Shown piece by piece: positions 21,067 through 30,831 of a stretch of 64,000 nt of DNA; positions within the stretch are counted from its first letter, which is position 1; each line of letters opens with the position of its first letter. The stretch comes from Nitrosopumilus sp. (lineage in GTDB: Archaea > Thermoproteota > Nitrososphaeria > Nitrososphaerales > Nitrosopumilaceae). The stretch covers positions 768,001 to 832,000 of the forward strand of contig OZ241857.1 of assembly GCA_965203315.1 (NCBI GenBank). The letters are read 5' to 3'. A program made the position numbers and the translations under genes. The notes under the pieces were generated by a model. It had not been told where the DNA came from. It worked only from the letters and a program-made list of their open reading frames with translations, and did not search any database.

Positions 21067-21844
21067 TAGAAACTATGTTATTATCAGCTGCAGACATGAG
21101 AATACCTGCCAGATTTAGTTTTGCTATTGGATGAGCAACTTGGGCAGTCATGTAGGTCTCTACCTTGTCTGTTCCCTTTTCTGGTTTGCAGCGTTTCAGT
21201 TTTTTATTTTGTTTGTCGTATCGCATGATTTTATGTTTGTCTATTGCAATGTTGACTACATCTGGCCAAATATCTGCATCCTGTAAAGATTTGATCTGTT
21301 GTTTGACAATAGTTTTGAATTGTCTTTGGAAATTAAGTTTAGACATTTTTGCAAATAATACTCTAAACCATTCACTCGTTGGTGATAGTTCGAATATCTG
21401 TCTTACAGATATTGCACAGCTTGTAATCGTTGCACCATTTATCATGGTCACTATCATCACGTAAAAGACATTGTACTCGTCGTACAATCTGTTGTATCGA
21501 TTTGATACCGATATTTCGAGAGAGAACAGCCACATGATGATGGCATTGTATGTTGTTCTTTTTGAGCGCACATCACGTTGCATCCGGGTTTTTTGAACCA
21601 TAAAGAGTATCCAAAAACTTGCCCGATCTAAATGTTTCGATCGACTCCCATCTCAGCCCAATCTGAGCACATTTGGGATCACTGAACAACACATTGTTAG
21701 AATGATTAATCGTCAATCTTGATCATTTACTATAGAATGTAATTATACAAATTTTACAAATTAAATTCACAAGATTTTTTCAACTATGTGTAACGAATAT
21801 GTTTACGCACTGAATTAAATAATTGTATACAAACTAGAATCATA

Positions 21845-22987
21845 TTGTCGTATGAAGTAGTTATAGCTGGTGGGAGCATATCAGGTTTGTTGTGTGCCCG
21901 TGAAGTTGCCAGATCTGGTCATTCCGTGATGGTTCTTGAAGAAGATTATGAGATAGGTACGCCTGAGCATTGTGGCGGACTAGTCAGTGTAAATGGTTTG
22001 GCAGATCTTGGCGTTGTGTTATCCTCTAGAACATTTGGATCGATCATCCAACATGCAAAGATCACGGGTCCTGATGGCAGAGGGTTTACTATATCTACAT
22101 CAAAACAAAAGATCGTAGAGGTTAGCAGACGTGAACTCGACAAACATGTAGCACTTCAAGCTCAAAGATTTGGGGCCACAATTACAACTCGTTCGAGTTT
22201 TCATGGCATGACCAAATCCGGTATTCGCACAGACAAGAGAGAGATAGAATGTGATATCTTTGTTGATGCGCGCGGTATCTCATCCTTGATACAGAGAGAC
22301 AGATCTGGAGTGATGCCGTCAGCGCAGTATGAGATTTATGCAGATTGGATAACACAGGGTTTGGTACATGTAATATTGGATCAGTCTAGATTTCCAGGAT
22401 TCTTTGCATGGATAATTCCTTCGGGAGAAGGTAGGGGAAAGGTAGGTGTTGCGGGGTATGGAATAAACCCAGCAAATGCCATGGACTCGTTTCTTCAAGG
22501 ACGCAACTTTTCAGTTATTCGAAAGATCTTTGCGCCAATATGGGTTAAAGGGCCAATCAAAAAATTCGTCAGAGGTAATACAGTAATAGTCGGTGACGCA
22601 GCTGGTCAGGCCAAACCTACAACATCTGGAGGAATCTACTCCAGCGGAATGGGAGGAGTTTACGCAGGTCTTGCTATTGCTAAATATCTAGATAGTAAAG
22701 ATATCAAAGATCTTGATCAATATCAGATTAGATGGAATAGAAAATTTGGCAATGAATTTGAACGACAATTACTCGCAAGAAAGATTCTAGAAAAGATAGA
22801 CAATAAGACAATCTCTAAATTTATCAACTCGGTCACACCAGAGATCGTCAGTACGATAACTAGTGATGATTTTGATTTTCATACTAGTGCGATACTCAAA
22901 ATGTTAGGAGTGGGTCGATCCTTAACACTTGCACGATCTCTACTCGGATCCGAGATCAAACGACGGTTCTTTTATCCATGTGAATAG
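21845..22987 (+). CDS. Geranylgeranyl reductase family flavoprotein (C-terminus altered by a MITE)
   Basis: GGSISG, EHCGGL, VGDAAGQAKPTTSGGI. Confidence 0.88.
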   Translation: MSYEVVIAGGSISGLLCAREVARSGHSVMVLEEDYEIGTPEHCGGLVSVNGLADLGVVLSSRTFGSIIQHAKITGPDGRGFTISTSKQKIVEVSRRELDKHVALQAQRFGATITTRSSFHGMTKSGIRTDKREIECDIFVDARGISSLIQRDRSGVMPSAQYEIYADWITQGLVHVILDQSRFPGFFAWIIPSGEGRGKVGVAGYGINPANAMDSFLQGRNFSVIRKIFAPIWVKGPIKKFVRGNTVIVGDAAGQAKPTTSGGIYSSGMGGVYAGLAIAKYLDSKDIKDLDQYQIRWNRKFGNEFERQLLARKILEKIDNKTISKFINSVTPEIVSTITSDDFDFHTSAILKMLGVGRSLTLARSLLGSEIKRRFFYPCE

Positions 22988-23167
22988 CTTATAAAGATTT
23001 ACTCTGATTCACGACTATTGTGTATAGCTTACGCTAGGGATGTGTTCCCATGTAAAGGACTGCGAACATATATCCATTCGAGTGGTTAACTCAGTATCAT
23101 TCTTCGTCCATTCGTCAAAATCTGTACATTTAACTTGCCGAGTGATATCTCAAACAGAACCCGTACG
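22974..23167 (-). ncRNA. Putative bridge/seek RNA of the IS110 element
   Basis: Stem-internal loop GUACG[GGUUCUGUU]UGAG-AUAUCA-CUCG-GC[AAGUUAA]A-UGUAC; the bracketed segments match the two strands of the insertion site. Confidence 0.72.
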
Positions 23168-24304
23168 TTAATGATTTCGACTACAATGTGTGACATAATC
23201 ATCCCTATCTATAAGCATATGGTACATCAATCGGAGTAGCTTGGAGGCAGTTGCAACAGTTGCCTTGCTTGTCACGCGTCTCTTTTTAATTCTAGTATAA
23301 AATTTTGTAATGTAGCTATGGGGTTCACATTTTATGTGTACATGAACTGCTTCGGTCAATGCCCATCTAAGTATTTTATCACCTTTCCTCGTTATACGTC
23401 CGTGATTTTGTTTACCAGCTGAATTGCGAACAGACGGCACTATTCCTGCATACGAACACATTTTGCGTACATTTGGGAATCTCTTGACATCTCCAATGCT
23501 GGATATTACAACAAGTGCAACAAAGTTTCCAACTCCCGGAATTGTCTTTAACAACTGCGCATCATGTGATCTCTTTACTTCTTTATGCATTTTAATATCC
23601 AACTGTCGAATCTTTTCGTCAGAGAGGTTTATCATGTCCAAATAGTTATCTATTCTATAATCCTCGAGTTTCTTCAATTCCTCTCTAAATGACTTGCTAA
23701 AACTTGAACCAGGTATTTTAATTCCATATTGCAGTAATATCCCATGTATAAGATTCTTGTATCGCGTTCTTCCTTTTACAATTATATCTCTATGTCGAAC
23801 CAACTGTTTCAATTTAACAATGTATTCACTAGGAACAAAACAAGGCGAGATATAATTTCCTCTTAAAAGATCTGCCAGTGTCCATGCATCCACCTTGTCT
23901 GTCTTTTTCTTTGATTCTGCAATAGCCTTTGTTTGATATGGATTCGATAACACTACACCAAATCCCAATTCATCTGTCAAGTATCTATACAACCAATACC
24001 ATACTGACGATGACTCCATCACACAACGTGTATTGAGTGGTGTAAACTGCGCAAAGAATTTTTTTAGACTGTCATGATCTGTGGCAACACGCTCATTGAG
24101 TAGACGCTTGCCATCCTGATCCATTGCTGCAATTTGCAGAAATCTCTTATGTGCATCTATTCCGATATAGATCATCTTGTTTTTACTTTTTGGATGGGTA
24201 ATCTGTTTGTTTGCATTTCCTCTTTTAGATCGCTTTACAGATGATCGCTTGGATCGACCTGCATGCTTTGTATCATCTGAATGTACTCTGATCGACTTCT
24301 TCAC
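23168..24304 (-). CDS. IS110-family DEDD recombinase (start may be the ATG at about 24175)
   Basis: YIGIDAHK, MES, KTDKVDA, TIPGVG, YAGIVPSVRNSAG (catalytic Ser), GRITRKG. Confidence 0.95.
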   Translation of the reverse strand: MKKSIRVHSDDTKHAGRSKRSSVKRSKRGNANKQITHPKSKNKMIYIGIDAHKRFLQIAAMDQDGKRLLNERVATDHDSLKKFFAQFTPLNTRCVMESSSVWYWLYRYLTDELGFGVVLSNPYQTKAIAESKKKTDKVDAWTLADLLRGNYISPCFVPSEYIVKLKQLVRHRDIIVKGRTRYKNLIHGILLQYGIKIPGSSFSKSFREELKKLEDYRIDNYLDMINLSDEKIRQLDIKMHKEVKRSHDAQLLKTIPGVGNFVALVVISSIGDVKRFPNVRKMCSYAGIVPSVRNSAGKQNHGRITRKGDKILRWALTEAVHVHIKCEPHSYITKFYTRIKKRRVTSKATVATASKLLRLMYHMLIDRDDYVTHCSRNH

Positions 24305-24768
24305 ATATGGTTAACTTAACGGGGGGTCGATAGTTTTCATGCAACATTCTCTAAAAATTTTACAAGTTATGAAAAATGGTTAGAACATCCATTGTAGATT
24401 ATTGCTGTTTTAAGTTGCATACAGTACGTTTCTTGAAATATCTGCATCTTAATCTTAACCCCCCGATAAGTTAAAAGAACCCAAACGACTATACAATTCA
24501 AAGAGGGATTCCACAAAAATGTCATGAACCGTCAAGAGCTAATCTATAGATTCCTTACTCGGAGCAACTAACAAATTATAGAACTTGATCGATCGTATCT
24601 TGAATGATATTCAAGACAATCCATCAAATATCATGTGATGCTCCACCACTCATCATAGTGTAAATTCAATGAAACTGTAGATCACAGATTGATTGAGGAT
24701 AACGATCTAGATTATAATCGCCTTGATCTATTGCTTCAATACATGTTATTGAACACAAGATAAGCATC

Positions 24769-24800
24769 TACAAGCTTTTGATGAGAATATCAATAACATG
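24769..24800 (+). repeat. S-layer cassette site 1 (no TATA box outside it)
   Basis: TACAAGCTTTTGATGAGAATATCAATAACATG; inverted partner at 29924-29955. Confidence 0.85.
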
Positions 24801-27800
24801 AATAACGAAATAGGACGAAAAACAACTAGTTTAATACTAATGACGATAATGGTCGCAGGCGGACTGACCTTTGCTATACCAAGCACGGAGCCAGTATACG
24901 CCCAGTCGACACCAAATCTATACGTCTCAGCTGCTGATCCAAATGGATACGGAGCTAGATTCGACAACACCTTTGGCGGTATACAGTATGTAGAGGTCAT
25001 CGTAAGTGATCCGTTACTAACCGATCCAAATGATGCTATGCCAAGAGTCACAGTCAATGATGATCCACTCCATTTACAACATGGTGGTGACGGTTCTTGG
25101 TATGGCTACTTTGCAGATAAAGAACGAGACGGTAATGGAGATGGTACTATTGGCGGTAGCGCTGTCGGTGATGTTAACAATGATCAACAAAAATTTAGAA
25201 ATGCGTTTCTCAGTGAGCTACCATACCAGAGAGGCAGTACAGATGACAAGATACTCATCACTAATGCCGACAATGTTGAACACGTAAAGTATCTTGAACT
25301 TGATGATGGGGACGAAGTTGACGTTGTTTATCACAAGGCTGGAAATCCTCAGACAGTAACCGTGACATACGACACGTCTAAAAACAATTCAATCGAGCTA
25401 GATCGAGACTTTTACCCAAGAGGCGCAAATGTCTATCTAACGATCACAGATCACATACTAAACGTCGACCCAACTGAGAAAGACTTTGTACATCTGATGC
25501 TCCAGACTACCACGGGTGTTACTGATGGTAAGATGCGTATCGCTTATCAGCACAGTACTAATCCTGCCACTACTGAGACGTTCAGAACAGATACCGGTAC
25601 ACTTGGGTGTGAAGATGATTGTATACTCGAGGTACCTATGGGCGATATGGAAAAGGTACTTGATGTTAAATTAAATACTCATAGCGCTAATACTGTCGTG
25701 GGACTCAAATTCGAAGAGACCGGACCAAACACCGGTATCTTTGAACTTGCAGACAATGGCGGATCAATAAAGATCAAAGACGATGCTCCACGAGGAACAA
25801 ACACCGTAATCACATACGACAAAGATGATACTGTCGCAGTAAACCTACGACTTACATCTGCTACAGTAAACCTCGATATCGATGACGGCACATGGAACTC
25901 TGGCGAAAAGATCGACTTAACCATAGTCGATGCAGATCAAAACAAAGACAGTGATGCAGAAGATGATCAAACGATAATCAATCCAGACGCAAGAATTCCA
26001 ATATTCATGACTGGAGATCCACATACTCTGGCAGATGGAAAAAATGCTACAATATATGCATATACTGGAGGCAATAAATTTACTGCTTATTCAACAGTAA
26101 CTGGAACTAACGTACATGCTCTAAACTATACCGTAGATGACAGTCATAGAGGAATTATATCATCTTTTGAAACTAAAACAGTCAAGAGAATTGCTATTCC
26201 TCTAGGAACATTAGGAGATCTCCACGAGTCAATAAACGATGATGATCTCAACGGTACAGGTAACTTTACTGGACGCAACATATTCCACTATGACTATCGT
26301 ATCTTTGACAGAAATGACATAACAACTGAACTGTTACTACTTGACAATAGCAGAAGTGTACTTCGTGCCGGAACCATCATGGTTACTGCTGCAGCACTAC
26401 CATATGACGTTAAGGCCGATGTGAGAGATCTAACGGGTTGGTTTATTGCTGAAATTAATGGAGGCAACTATGATCAATCTACTGATCTCAGATTATCTAG
26501 TTCAGAATTGATGGCAGAGAATATCAACAACAACACTCCGGTCATACTATCGCTGAATTTCGGTACTCCATTTGAGTTGAAAGGTGGAACGGAATATCCC
26601 ATAGTCGCAGATTTCTTCTCGTATGGATTCTATAACGATGGCGCACAAGCAGGCGAGAGAGTTGCGAACCAAATAATACGAGTCGAGGTCGAAGAGACTG
26701 GTGAGAACACTAGCACCTTTACAGGAACACTCGAGTACATCATGGTAAATCAACTCGACATGATCGTGACCGATACTGCTGTAACGACAGGAACTGGTAA
26801 TAGCATAACGTATCCAAAGACAGACTACATATTCGATAGTATCACACCAACAGGCAACGAAGTCAAATTCATCGCCTTTGAAGACATCACTGGTTCTGAC
26901 GCGCGAGTAAACTATGCAGACATGGACTCTAACGGCAACATGGCTGTGGTCTCTGACCAACAAGATATCGCAACCTCTAGTGGTGTGGTATCTCTGAACG
27001 CAGAGACATACAGTGTAGGCAGCAATGTCGTTATAACACTAGAGGACGCAGACTTGAACACAGATCCTGACAGAGCAGATACCTATACTGTAGTGAGGGA
27101 CAACGCCAACGCGGATCCAGATAGAGATCAAGTGGGCAAAGATGTAACCAATACCGGTAACAAAACACATGATATCATGTACGAGTCTCTACTACCAGGT
27201 GGTAACTCGTTAGGAATGCTCCTAGAGGTAACCATTGGTGGTGAGAGATGGAAATCTGGCGCATGTAGCCTAGATGATGGAGTTCAGAACGGACTAGGTA
27301 AAACAGGATTCACTCTACAAGAGACCGGACCCAGCACAGGAGTCTTTACAGGTTCATTTTCTGTACCAAAAGAGGTATGCATGGGATCTGACAAACTATC
27401 TGTAAGCGGCAAAGACATTGGTGTAACATATCTAGACTTTAGAGATGCATCTGGTCAGATAGTCACAGCAGGTGACTCTGCATCGATTGGTGCAAGTACA
27501 GGCTCTGTATCTCTAGATAGAACTGTATATCCAGTCCCATATGGTCAGGGTACAGCAGGTTCTTCTAGAGCCCTAGACATGGCCGGAGCAAATCTTGCAG
27601 GCGGTACAGTCAAAGTCTATGTTCAAGTAAACGACCCAGATTACAACTTGAATCCTACAGGCGAGGACAAGATCGAGGACGAGGACGGAAATGGTCCAGT
27701 AAAGATCACGATCTCCCGCAGTGGTGACGAGTGTCTAATAGGTCACGCAGGCGGTGAGACATCAGTCGCAACCGACGAGATCAGTAGATTGATGCAAGAT

Positions 27801-29639
27801 CGAGATACAAAGAGAGATCTCTATAATGCAGACAAGACAAACACTGACAAACAGACAGCATATCTCTTGGCACAACTAAAGTATGATAATGCTAGAAGTA
27901 CAGGTGGTGCATGCCCGGTTCCAGAACCGTTTGGTGCTCTAACAGAGACATCTCCTGAATCAGGAGTGTTCGAAGTAAGCTTTGATCTATCTTACAAGAT
28001 AGGACCAAGCAGTACCGACTGTCCAAATGATGGTAACTGTATCCTACAAGGTGACATACTCACCGTACAGTACAACGACACAACAGACGCTTCTGGTAAT
28101 CCACGTACAGTCACAGACTCTGCTACCTTTGATCTACGAAACGGTGCTCTACAGACAGACAAGTCTGTATATGTGATAGGCTCGGACATGATCGTAACAC
28201 TCATCGATCCAGACCTTGATCTAGACAGCGGTACACGCGAAACATACACACTTGATCTGATCAAGTGGGACTCGGACGCAGGTACCAAGAATCTGAGTGA
28301 AGGTATATTCGATGCAGAACCAGGCTCTCTACGAGAGACTGGTCCTAGCACAGGTATCTTCCAAGTGGTCATATCTGTTCCCAAGGCCATAGACAACGAC
28401 AGACTAGAACGAGGCGAAGAGATCAAGCTAGAATACACCGACTATGGACCATCAGGTGCAGACTTTGTAGGTGATAACACAGAAGATATCGACAGAACGG
28501 TATTCACATCAAACTTTGGTGCTACAATAGAACTAGATCAAAGTGTATACAGTTGGACCGACAAGGTATTCATTACTGTAACAGCTCCTGATCACAACCT
28601 AAACACAAACCAAGTAGACGAGATTGGTGCTAATCCATATCCAGTGCGTGTTGCTACAAGATCCGACGACATTAAAAACTACAAACTCGTAGAGACAGGT
28701 ACAAACACTGGTATCTTTACAGGTGAAGTAATACTGACAGGATTCTCGTACGACGCAGACGGTGATCAAGATACAGGCGAAGATGGTAAAGACGTCACAG
28801 GTCGTACATGTGACACATGTAATGGACCAACCGATGGACTATTACCAACAGACAACGACGACGGACTCGAGGTATCATTCGAGTTCTCTGACGACGAGAC
28901 TGTTCGCAAGTCTGCTCTAATCCGTTGGAACATTGGTGAAGTTCAGTGGCTAGAAGCAAGTTATCCTGCTACAGCTACAGGCGTACTACGTGTAATCGAT
29001 CCCGACATGAACTTGAATCCAGAATCTGCAGACAACTTTGAGGTCAAAGTATGGTCTTCTAGTGCACCTAGTGGAATAACCCTTACAGTAACAGAGACTC
29101 AGCCAGCAAGTGGTATCTTTGAAGGTACTGTATTCTTTGGACTCTCTGTCCAATCAGGTGGTCACAAACTATCCACAGAAGAAGGAGACACAGTCACTGC
29201 AAAGTACAGCGACAACACTCTACCTGCTCCGTACAATACAGGCGACTCTGAAGACATCACTGCAACCACCATAATAGGAACAATAGTACCTCCTCTAGAA
29301 CGAGTAAAGATCGAGTCGTTGAGAATAGTAGACTCTACAGGTACAACACTCAGTACAGTATCAATAGATCAACAAGTCCAGATCACTGCAGATTTGACAA
29401 ACACACAAGACAAAGATCAACCATTTGCATACTTGGTACAAATTCAAGATAGCGATGGCGTTACAGTATCTCTGTCTTGGATTGATGGTTCACTAACACC
29501 ATCTCAGTCGTTTAGTCCATCTCAGTCTTGGATACCAACTGCACCAGGCGAATACACAATTACCGTATTTGCATGGGAGTCGTTGACTATACCAACTGCA
29601 CTATCACCACAACAGACAACAACAATAACTGTAAACTAG
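24798..29639 (+). CDS. Nitrosopumilus-type S-layer protein, copy 1
   Basis: MNNEIGRK..SLILMTIM..GG signal, repeated ETG.NTG.F Ig-like modules, C-terminal QPFAY.VQI...W.P...GEY...F.WES...P.ALS. Confidence 0.9.
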   Translation: MNNEIGRKTTSLILMTIMVAGGLTFAIPSTEPVYAQSTPNLYVSAADPNGYGARFDNTFGGIQYVEVIVSDPLLTDPNDAMPRVTVNDDPLHLQHGGDGSWYGYFADKERDGNGDGTIGGSAVGDVNNDQQKFRNAFLSELPYQRGSTDDKILITNADNVEHVKYLELDDGDEVDVVYHKAGNPQTVTVTYDTSKNNSIELDRDFYPRGANVYLTITDHILNVDPTEKDFVHLMLQTTTGVTDGKMRIAYQHSTNPATTETFRTDTGTLGCEDDCILEVPMGDMEKVLDVKLNTHSANTVVGLKFEETGPNTGIFELADNGGSIKIKDDAPRGTNTVITYDKDDTVAVNLRLTSATVNLDIDDGTWNSGEKIDLTIVDADQNKDSDAEDDQTIINPDARIPIFMTGDPHTLADGKNATIYAYTGGNKFTAYSTVTGTNVHALNYTVDDSHRGIISSFETKTVKRIAIPLGTLGDLHESINDDDLNGTGNFTGRNIFHYDYRIFDRNDITTELLLLDNSRSVLRAGTIMVTAAALPYDVKADVRDLTGWFIAEINGGNYDQSTDLRLSSSELMAENINNNTPVILSLNFGTPFELKGGTEYPIVADFFSYGFYNDGAQAGERVANQIIRVEVEETGENTSTFTGTLEYIMVNQLDMIVTDTAVTTGTGNSITYPKTDYIFDSITPTGNEVKFIAFEDITGSDARVNYADMDSNGNMAVVSDQQDIATSSGVVSLNAETYSVGSNVVITLEDADLNTDPDRADTYTVVRDNANADPDRDQVGKDVTNTGNKTHDIMYESLLPGGNSLGMLLEVTIGGERWKSGACSLDDGVQNGLGKTGFTLQETGPSTGVFTGSFSVPKEVCMGSDKLSVSGKDIGVTYLDFRDASGQIVTAGDSASIGASTGSVSLDRTVYPVPYGQGTAGSSRALDMAGANLAGGTVKVYVQVNDPDYNLNPTGEDKIEDEDGNGPVKITISRSGDECLIGHAGGETSVATDEISRLMQDRDTKRDLYNADKTNTDKQTAYLLAQLKYDNARSTGGACPVPEPFGALTETSPESGVFEVSFDLSYKIGPSSTDCPNDGNCILQGDILTVQYNDTTDASGNPRTVTDSATFDLRNGALQTDKSVYVIGSDMIVTLIDPDLDLDSGTRETYTLDLIKWDSDAGTKNLSEGIFDAEPGSLRETGPSTGIFQVVISVPKAIDNDRLERGEEIKLEYTDYGPSGADFVGDNTEDIDRTVFTSNFGATIELDQSVYSWTDKVFITVTAPDHNLNTNQVDEIGANPYPVRVATRSDDIKNYKLVETGTNTGIFTGEVILTGFSYDADGDQDTGEDGKDVTGRTCDTCNGPTDGLLPTDNDDGLEVSFEFSDDETVRKSALIRWNIGEVQWLEASYPATATGVLRVIDPDMNLNPESADNFEVKVWSSSAPSGITLTVTETQPASGIFEGTVFFGLSVQSGGHKLSTEEGDTVTAKYSDNTLPAPYNTGDSEDITATTIIGTIVPPLERVKIESLRIVDSTGTTLSTVSIDQQVQITADLTNTQDKDQPFAYLVQIQDSDGVTVSLSWIDGSLTPSQSFSPSQSWIPTAPGEYTITVFAWESLTIPTALSPQQTTTITVN

Positions 29640-29647
29640 TTCAAACC

Positions 29648-29668
29648 TTCTCTTTTTTTCTTTTTTTA
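29648..29668 (+). terminator. Archaeal T-rich terminator
   Basis: TTCTCTTTTTTTCTTTTTTT just after the stop codon. Confidence 0.7.
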
Positions 29669-29763
29669 TATTTACATAATACAATATACACAATGCAGTT
29701 TGTACATAGTATAGCTGTATATCGCATGTAATACCATTCTGTCGGATACTATTGTTATTAACG

Positions 29764-29958
29764 TGATGATCTCTACTCGCTCATTCTTGACTCTTGCATT
29801 ATACAATACTGCTCATTCACGAGATACCTGATACGAGAGATCTGAACTCGGTATGTAGGACAATAGATTGTAAACATCACACTAAACTTTACACAGGCAC
29901 ATTGCACAGCCTGTGCAATTATACATGTTATTGATATTCTCATCAAGAGTTTGTATTT
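29764..29958. repeat. Conserved block downstream of S-layer copy 1
   Basis: Diverged inverted homologue of about 57953-58147. Confidence 0.8.
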
Positions 29959-29981
29959 AAGCCTAATGAACAATTTGTTCA
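29924..29981 (-). promoter_or_regulatory. S-layer cassette site 2 with a full promoter pointing back at the 3' end of copy 1
   Basis: Minus strand TGAACAAATTGTTCA-N5-CTTAAATACAAACTCTTGATGAGAATATCAATAACATG; same layout as 63000-63057. Confidence 0.8.
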
Positions 29982-30348
29982 TGTGCGGATTGTCTCGAGC
30001 AGAATATGTTGAATTCATAATCTGTCAATCTAGTCTCAAACTTGAGTGTTTCTACGAGAGCGTGTACAAACTACGTTTTGGAACTCGGCATGTTGTTTCT
30101 GTACAAATCCCAAACCTGTCACTCTACCAAAATATTCATCAGACAGAGCCCATCGATTTCTATTTTTAGAACTCCCGTACAGATCTTTTCATTTTACATA
30201 ATGTGTGTATTAAACATGTATGAGAAAACAACACATAGCTACAATGATGGCGCAATCCTAGATTTCGTATCTTGTTCTCACAAACTCTGCAATTAAACAA
30301 AACCCTTTCGAGATTCCCTAATATATGATGAATGTGCATACATTATTG

Positions 30349-30624
30349 ATGCTAGTAGACAAGAGGATCTTTATTGGCGGACTTGCAATGCTCATAGTAG
30401 GAATGGTACTAAGTATAGGTATTGCATCAACAATGCCAATTGGTCAGCAAGGCATGACAGAAGAAGAGGAACTAGACCTAGTACTTGCACAGCAAGAGAA
30501 TGAAGATTATACAACACTAGCAGGCATTCTAGTCGGTATTGGATTTCTGCTAATACTCATTAGTTTTGGAACGCGTAGAAGAAAAGGTAAAACTAAACGA
30601 GTCGAGAAGAAACCAGCAGAATAA
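30349..30624 (+). CDS. 2-TM membrane protein
   Basis: Two hydrophobic helices and a basic tail. Confidence 0.75.
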   Translation: MLVDKRIFIGGLAMLIVGMVLSIGIASTMPIGQQGMTEEEELDLVLAQQENEDYTTLAGILVGIGFLLILISFGTRRRKGKTKRVEKKPAE

Positions 30625-30831
30625 GACAAATACTAGATCATCAATTAGATAATGAACGTTGTATATGCAAGACAGTACATAGAATCATTATCAGGATGAC
30701 AAATAAAATTGCGTACATATCTTGAGGACGTATGCTTTAGAGAGACAATATCGTGGAATATACATTACGATTTACAGTCACGAGTTATGTCTCATCATAG
30801 ATATTCGTTTTGTCGGACAATAGTAAATGAT

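Larger units (their letters stand above)
18782..21684 (-). mobile_element. ISH3-family element carrying two nested insertions
   Basis: TIR CAGT(C/G)ATCCCAAATGTGCT; flanks AACAT/AACAA; fragments 21020-21601, 20655-21020 and 18812-19123 rejoin in frame (AID, FDREFY, Y.SRW.IESGYR). Confidence 0.85.
22974..24310 (-). mobile_element. IS110-family element, IS1111-like architecture
   Basis: TT(A) core at both junctions, sub-terminal IR CCAT(AT)GTGAA, about 190-nt non-coding region downstream of the recombinase. Confidence 0.88.
22965..24481. mobile_element. MITE family B copy whose left TIR is split by IS110
   Basis: Perfect 8-bp TSD CAAACGAC (22957-22964, 24482-24489); rejoined left end GGTTCTTTTAACTTAACGGGGG matches right end CCCCCGATAAGTTAAAAGAACC. 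Confidence 0.9.

Noticed and set aside
23153-23162. AACAGAACCC as the end of another family-B MITE
   Set aside because: No MITE body is adjacent; better explained as a guide segment
23168-24304. IS110 recombinase as a Piv-like invertase for the neighbouring S-layer cassette
   Set aside because: Its guide-like segments match the MITE TIR rather than the cassette sites, and it has complete IS junctions; proximity is probably incidental
27992-28438. Conserved 148-aa antisense ORF (twin at 59428-59874)
   Set aside because: It is a shadow of the duplicated S-layer coding sequence
24798-29639. Diversity-generating retroelement acting on the S-layer genes
   Set aside because: No reverse transcriptase in the window, and differences between copies are not adenine-specific
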